A stretch of 30,028 nt of DNA from Gonapodya sp. JEL0774 (Eukaryota). Made by a program: the position numbers and the translations under genes. How positions within the stretch are numbered: the stretch's first letter is position 1; every line of letters starts with the position of its first letter. The DNA is taken from NCBI GenBank assembly GCA_027604505.1, contig JADIIX010000004.1, forward strand, positions 310,001-340,028, in the 5' to 3' direction. The notes beneath the pieces are model-generated. The model was not told the DNA's origin and ran no database searches. It saw nothing but the letters and a program-made list of their open reading frames with translations. Below, piece by piece: positions 26,943-30,028 of the stretch.

Positions 26943-27302
26943 CTTCTGTAGGGCAGAATTATTTGAGACAGGTTCTTGTTTCTTGCTGTGTAAACACGAC
27001 GATAATGAAGGTTGCACTGGACAAGTGCCTTGTGATACAAAATGCAGTGACTTAACAAAAGAGACACATGTATTTGTTTGTACTGATTATATCAGATTGT
27101 ATCAGGGACTGCTCCAAATGCATCCGTTGTTGCTTTTGTAAATACCGGTGTGGTGTGGGTCGTACGTATCCATACTTATCCTACTTAAAGTGCTGTACTG
27201 ATCAACGGCTGACTATCTTTTAATCTACAAGAATCACTGAATCAGGAATAGGATTCAGGGTGAACACGCCCAGAAGCAACTCACTTATTTCCTCGGCGAC
27301 CA

Positions 27303-29541
27303 CTAGGCGGAGCTCTCAGGCTTTGTCTCCGCCTCCTCCACCTGTGACATAGACGGATCCATAATCACAACAGGAAAAAGCATGAACATTGATATTCTTC
27401 GTCTCACCTTCGCGGTGGGTCCTTCAACCTTAACCTCTTCTTCAGTTGGAACACTTGGTACGCCTTCCCCTTTGGCCTGCAAGGGTGTCCAAAGGTTCGA
27501 ACCTTTCGAAGGTTGAATAGCAAGAAATGCAATCAAATCACCTCGCCTTCAGCTGGAGCAGGGTCGGCCGCCTCTGGTACCGGCTCCACCGGAAGATCTG
27601 CCACCTACAATACAGTAAACATGATCAATACTTGCCATGCGGTCCGATCCTGACTTCCGTACGACGATGACTCACGACTTCCGTAGACACGGCTGAAGCT
27701 GCGGCTGCAGCTTCAGGTTTCTTTTTGGGAATCTTGCTCTTTATCCAAGTGACCAAATCCTGAGATCCGAGGGAGCAGACAATCAAAATGAACACACAAT
27801 CCCGAAAGAAATCGGGATTCGGGTAAAAAACACGCACCGAGGATTTCTCAGTGGGAGATGTGGGGGGGGATGCTGGGGCCGCGGCCACTTCAGTCGGAGT
27901 CCCCTCGGCAGCAAGTTCAGCCTTCTCGGTGACAACTGCAGGAGCCTTCTTAGACAAGGATATTCTACGCATCAACTTCTTGACCATCTACAGATTTCGA
28001 AGGATTAAATCGGAGTGCTTCTTGAAATTGCCAATAGGGAGAACTCACATTGGTGGATTCGGGAGCAATTTTCTTCTCTGCTGCCTCGCCCTCCGCAATG
28101 GGAAGGACGGGTTCAGTGGCAGTCTCAGGCCTCGTCTCAATAACAGCCGGTTTATCTGGCGTAGCGGCATCTTCAACGGATTCGGCCTTGGGTTCTTCTT
28201 TTGCGACTTCCGCCTTTGTTTCTTCCTTGACTGGCTCCTTCCCCTTGATTGAGAACTTGCCGATGAAGTTGCCTACTTTGCTTACACCAGTAGTGACTCC
28301 AGTGGCAACAGTCTTGATATGATCAGTCAGGTTAATACAAAGTACATTGAGAAAAAGCACCACCAAAACAACTGTGCAGTAGTGTCTCACCTTCGCAGCG
28401 GCTTCAACGGGTGCGATAAAGTTCGAGGACTTTTGATCCTTCACAGGCTCCGAGGGAGTGGCCTACAGAAAAAAATCAACCAGTTGTATCAGTGGACAAA
28501 TTTCTTTCATCCTTCACCTCGGTAGGAGCCTCGGCGGGTGCATCCTTCGGGGTTACTCCCTCGGGACTTTCGGAGACAACAGGCTCAGGCTCGCTAACTT
28601 TCACTACTTCAGGTGACTCCTCCTTGGGCGAAGATGCTGAAACGGTCTCCTTCTTGAAGAAGCTCGAAAACGGCACAGAAATCGTCGGAATTGTGAACTT
28701 TGACTTTTCGGGTACAACCTCTTCCTTCTTGACCTCCGGCACCGGTTCAGCGACAGGGGCTGGAGCTTCGGCTTCCACAGTCTCGGGCGATGCCACAGCT
28801 TCCTCTTTCGGTGCAGTGGGCTCTTCGGTTTTAAGCCCTGTAGGAGTCTCTTTCTTGAAAAGATTCGAAAGAGATGGAATCGTTGGAAGGAATGACTAAT
28901 ACACACGAAAATGTTGGAATTTGAGGGAGACAATCGCTCTATTGAAGACCCCACCTTGGTCACTTTCTCCACCTTCTCAACTCCTTCTTCTTTCTTCAAC
29001 TCAACACTCTCTGTTGGCGACGGTGAGACAACTTGCTCTTCAGCCTTGGTCTCTTCTTTGAGCTCCACTTTGGCAACCTGGGTGTCCTTTCCCTTCTTCG
29101 AGAGCGAGAGTTTCCGGATGAGGAAACCTTTGAGCTTTGTCGATGGTGGTTATGAGTGAGACGGTGTGATGAGATACGCATCGGAATAACATACACCACC
29201 AGATTCTGCAGCGGGAGCGGCACCAGAAAGCTGTTTGGAATAATGGAGCGGAAAAATGAACGATTCAGTTCCTGCTTGATCACACACAGTAAGATCCCTG
29301 GTGTCCCTTCCGAGATCAGGTTCCTTTAGTATAATACTAAGCTCTCCAAAAACTTGCCTTCTCTTCCGGAACTACCTGCTCGTCTGTCTTTTCTACAGCC
29401 TTTGCTTCGGTAGACTCCACAATGGGAGTCTCTTCGACCTTCAACAGAACAGGTTCGCCTCGTTGGTGCCACCCAGTTGGCGCACGGTGGAACGACAGAC
29501 CAACGACACACCTTCTCAGTGGGGACGGCTTCCGTTGTCAT
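27303..29541 (-). CDS. Acidic Glu/Pro/Ala/Thr-rich disordered protein with repeated basic-hydrophobic motifs (about 12 exons)
   Basis: In-phase splicing from MTTEAVPTEK/VEETPIVEST... to .../VEEAETKPESSA*, with consistent composition across exons. Motifs: GFLIRKLSLSKKG, LPTIPSLSNLFKKET, IPTISVPFSSFFKKET, NFIGKFSIKGK, KKLMRRISLSKKA, LVTWIKSKIPKKK. Confidence 0.75.
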
Positions 29542-30028
29542 TTCGAGTGCTAAGTGAGTGAATCCGAGTGGCTGGAGGGAGTACTTTTGGATTGGCGGAA
29601 GGCGGAAAAACCGTAAATCAAAGAGACTTCTTGAAACCCGTCCGTTCGTCAAGGCAGCAGGCTAGTCCTGCTGCAGTTGCAACAGCTTCGCTCATAGTCT
29701 GACTGAGCTTGATCGGCGGACCCACTTACCTCTGTTTCCACGAGATTGGGTTGGTCACGCGAAACGTGAAGGGTCTTGACTGAGCCACTCGCCACGTCAA
29801 CCCTCAAAAATATCACGTGACAGAAATGAAATAATGTTGTTTGCACATAATGGTTGGAAACATTTCATCCAAAAGCCAAGGTCAAGATTTGATTATCTAC
29901 ATTAATAACAAGATAGACATGAACAGAACGAAACAGATGGGAGCGTCACGTCTATACCATGATTGAACGGCCACCCCAAAACGCGAGTACTTTCATTTTC
30001 AAAATCACACTTTTCTTTTCAAAAGCAC

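Overview
This is a gene-dense, intron-rich eukaryotic window. The protein families, short GT-AG introns and CTAAC/CTGAC-type branch points point to a fungus, probably an early-diverging lineage; the taxon is inferred. I spliced the genes by hand and found 11 complete spliced protein-coding genes plus a possible partial gene at the left edge. In order they are: mitochondrial EF-G1 (+), Sly1 (-), Tho1/SARNP (-), SmF (+), a calponin-homology + Cdc15/Cdc7/SepH-type kinase (+), a large RRM-like protein (+), a membrane SDR (+), a Pho84-type phosphate symporter (+), a YqaJ/lambda-exonuclease protein (+), a cytochrome b5 + acyl-CoA dehydrogenase (+), and an acidic low-complexity protein (-). The strongest leads are: (1) an intronised viral-type YqaJ exonuclease with intact catalytic motifs and a long disordered tail, sitting among housekeeping genes; (2) four unusually long introns that all contain long G-U-rich helices; (3) the CH-kinase architecture; (4) paired Pho4-like sites upstream of PHO84; (5) a MARCKS/gravin-like modular protein with only phase-0 introns. 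I recognised no rRNA, tRNA, CRISPR array or intact transposon. Exon boundaries are manual inferences with no RNA support.
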